Source: Phaeosaccion multiseriatum (lineage: Eukaryota; Protista; Ochrophyta, other classes). From it: a stretch of DNA of 64,000 nucleotides. This document shows positions 61,369-64,000 of the stretch, in pieces; position 1 is the stretch's first letter, and every line of letters begins with the position of its first letter. The notes below the pieces were generated by a model. That model made no database searches. It saw only the letters and a list, made by a program, of their open reading frames with translations, and was not told the origin of the DNA. The position numbers were made by a program, and so were the translations under genes. The stretch is from the NCBI GenBank assembly GCA_965112735.1, contig OZ218950.1, forward strand, positions 6,076,001 through 6,140,000, written 5' to 3'.

Positions 61369-62274
61369 GAGAGAGAGAGAGAGCCAGAGAGAGAGAGAGA
61401 GAGGAGAGAGACACCGAGACGCAGAGCGAGAGAAAGAGAGGGAGCGAGCGAGAGAGGAGCACAGCCCAATACGAAGCATACATGCACACATTGCAGCCCT
61501 TATGGGCTAGTCTCCCACAATATGGGCTCCCACTCGCAACCCCAAACCATGACATGAACGACAGGGCCTACCTTCACTTCATCCTTCACCCACTCCTCTT
61601 CAGCATGTATGGGCTCATTGGCCGATGAGCCTGCTGCTGGTACCGCCGTCCCCCAATCCGCTCTCTTCTACACTCCGATCAGTCCAAAGGACAGACAAGA
61701 GAGAGGGTAGCACCCCAGCAGTAGCAGCAGCCAGCGGAAGAAATTCATCAAATGGGCAGTGCAGTGCGGGTATGGGAAGATGGAAGGGTAGAGAGGAAAA
61801 TGAAGGGTGTTAGGTCGTCGAGGATCGAGGTTGCTCAACGTTTCCCCAAAGAGGGGGTCAAGGTCCCCAGACCTCGCCAAGAGACTAATCGATGCAATGC
61901 CTGCTTGCTGCTTTACCTTCTCTCCCCCCTGCCCATCTCTCTTCACTCCAAGCCCATTTCTCCTGCCAGACCTCGCCCATTCCCGCCCATTCCCGCCCCT
62001 TCCTCCTGCCTCGACCTCAGTCCAGGGATAGGAGAAGTCGTGGTAGGGCGGTAGGGCGATAGAGTAGCACGCTGCCCTAACCTAACATGTCCTCGTCATC
62101 ATACTCTCCGCTTGTTCCAAAACGTATCCTTCCACGCCCTCTCCTCCTCCTCACCTCACTACCCACCGCAGATTGCGGGCTGAAGCCTGGTTTTGGTAGG
62201 TCGAGCTGCGAGTCGGCTTCGTAGTCGTGGTCTTCATCGTCCTGGATGTTCCCAAACAGCCCACAGCAAGCCAT
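59094..62274 (-). CDS. Small protein with N-terminal Cys-Cys (possible palmitoylation) and a C-terminal PH-fold domain; exons 62274-62155, 61667-61572, 60728-60441, 59682-59530, 59318-59094 (~293 aa)
   Basis: All junctions are phase-0 GT-AG. The spliced C-half FIKKMDKGVIVTKYSKSGKPASRRLFYD...VGW...MQEIV...RSFSLVFSGRTVNVTAPNEGEAINIITGLKEL fits a PLC/Num1-type PH pattern. Starts MACCGLFG. Exons 1-2 are less certain. Confidence 0.7.
60225..60380. repeat. ~36-bp minisatellite (CCACCCCTCTGTGGTGAAGCACTCAATCATCAATCA), ~4 copies, intronic
   Basis: Directly visible. Confidence 0.85.
61156..61445. repeat. (GA)n-rich microsatellite, intronic
   Basis: Directly visible. Confidence 0.9.
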
Positions 62275-62904
62275 CGTGCGAACAAGGGCACGGTTTGCTC
62301 GGCCTCTGAGGAAGAATTTCTCCTTGTTTGAAATCGATCCTTTTTTATTCCCCTCCTCGCTGCTCTTGTGCCGCACTTCACAGAGTAGCAGCACTCATAT
62401 AACAAGTGTTTATTTCCTTCCTCTCAAAAAGATCTAGTTGATCTTGGTGCAAGGGGCAAGGGGGGGGGGGCGGTTTGAATTTCAGTTTGAGACCATAATC
62501 TGCAACTGAAACTAAATTCGACCCTTCGATGCGGCCGCCGAGGGTGGGGTCAGGACAAATGCAATAAAAAAAAAAAAATTTGATGCACGCCGCAGCCAAC
62601 TCTCGATTCTTTGGCCAACTTAACAATTTCCGTACTACTTCCTGCTCGATCTTTGTCTGGATAATAAGAAAATGAAAAGGGAAAAAAGAGTGCCCTCTGG
62701 TTCGGCCGGTTGTGAACCGCCGAACAAGCGGGGGAGAGGAAGGAACGAAGGAGAGGAATCATCAAATATCACTGCTTACATGTACAATAAATCAGTCGGC
62801 CATTTTCTTCCAGAGCAGCTGCGGCCCAGCAGCAGCCACATGGACAACACCAGCGTCACAGATGGCAGCAGACCAGTCTATCGACCACCGTCAGGCCCGG
62901 ACAC

Positions 62905-63832
62905 TCACAAGCCTATCGAGTTTCGTATCCGCCGGAACGTTCGCCGCAGCCCCCACCCCTCAACTCTCTTCCCCTGCTCCCCCCCGGGCTGCGCTTCCCC
63001 TTTGTCCGCTCCTGCCTCTCCTCCAATTGCTCCCCTCTGTACATCGCGGGCGTGGATTCCACTCCCCTCGCCGCTTACTCTCGCCCCTGCAGAGGAGGAG
63101 GGGGACACCGGAGCCGTTGCGCTTTCCTGCAGCCCCTTCCCCCCCCCCTCCTTGCGCAAGGCCAACGCCGCCGCCGCCGCCTCCGCCTTGTCCTTCTCCT
63201 CCCTCTGTGCGTCCCCCCAGGCCTTTGCTATGGCCTTCTCCTCCACCTGCCTCGCCACATGACTCTTCTTCTTGAACCATTTGATGAGCGGACCGGACAC
63301 GCGTATGGCAATGTCCGGGGCTCTGCGGGGGGGTGGGGGTGTTGGTGATACATGTGCGAGGGGGCGATAAAGACACCAAGCGGGGCGTGGGTTGGGTTGG
63401 TTGGTAACAGAAGGGGGCGGCGTGGGTGGGTGGGCGGACGGGCGGGCGAGGTAAGACGGGTGCAAGAGGGGTTGTGGGGGAGAACAGATGCCTTTTCTAA
63501 AGGAAAGCATCTCCAGCTCCAGCCCTAACCCAGCGCTTAACACCGCCACTCATTCACAACTCAAGTCGGGACGTCGACCGCTAGCTGTGATAAAGCGATG
63601 CGACCATTTGATGCGACCAGTACTCAGTACTGGCATTGTCATCTACCCATCTCCTTCTTAAGTCCTACTTCGCCTTCGCCTACTCATGTACTACTACTCA
63701 CAAGCCGGCCAACACGTTGATGACGATCTCCTTCTTGTAGTCCGTGTACTTGTCGGGCTCGAGAGCGTTGGCCTTCCACATAGACGTGTCCACACACGAA
63801 CCCATGCTCAAAACGTTCATATTGTTGCCAAT
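62905..63832 (-). CDS. 3' exons of an unknown protein continuing beyond the window (exons 63832-63702, 63322-62905)
   Basis: CACAG|ATTGGC acceptor, TT|GTGAGT donor and GCAG|AGCC acceptor join in frame: IGNNMNVLSMGSCVDTSMWKANALEPDKYTDYKKEIVINVLAGLAPDIAIRVSGPLIKWFKKK...; family not recognised. Confidence 0.6.
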
Positions 63833-64000
63833 CTGTGAGAGCACAGTTGAGGGAGGGAGGAGATGATGGGAAAGCACGCCCATGAAAGTCAAGTCAACAC
63901 GACAGGAAGACCGTGTGGTTGTGTTTATTGTCTCTTTTGTTATTTTCTCGCCGCCACGTTCGCCCGCACACACGCACACACGCACGTAGACACAAAGACA

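Noticed and set aside
47889-61557. Many ORFs of poly-PSLP, HT, CV or RE
   Set aside because: Translations of intronic microsatellites.
62472-62524. Imperfect hairpin, possible ncRNA
   Set aside because: Arms are built from the common AACTGA/TTCAGT motif found elsewhere in the window; no tRNA or snRNA features.

Overview
Eukaryotic, GC-rich nuclear DNA with short, microsatellite-filled GT-AG introns. Gene content (LCIB/theta-carbonic anhydrase, a bipartite signal+transit-like presequence, large NAD-GDH) points to a photosynthetic stramenopile (ochrophyte alga); this is inference. Gene models were built by hand from splice sites and frame continuity. In order: 3' end of an unknown gene; a membrane protein with two TRIC/TMEM38 domains and a K/E coiled-coil tail; a 540-bp MITE (30-bp TIRs, 6-bp TSD); a 7-exon divergent PCO/ADO-type thiol-dioxygenase-like gene with a probable plastid presequence, head-to-head with condensin II kleisin NCAPH2; an intronless PH-AGC (Akt/PKB-like) kinase; a ~16-kb array of seven near-identical LCIB/theta-CA genes with two alternating promoter/first-intron types (A,A,B,A,B,A,B); AP-1 gamma-adaptin head-to-head with a 28-exon mitochondrial NAD-specific glutamate dehydrogenase; a small PH-domain protein with an N-terminal Cys pair; and the 3' part of an unknown gene. 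The standout is the theta-CA array, a candidate amplified and differentially regulated CO2-concentrating locus. Also notable are two short dispersed motifs that occur in both introns and coding sequence, and atypical intron 3' ends.
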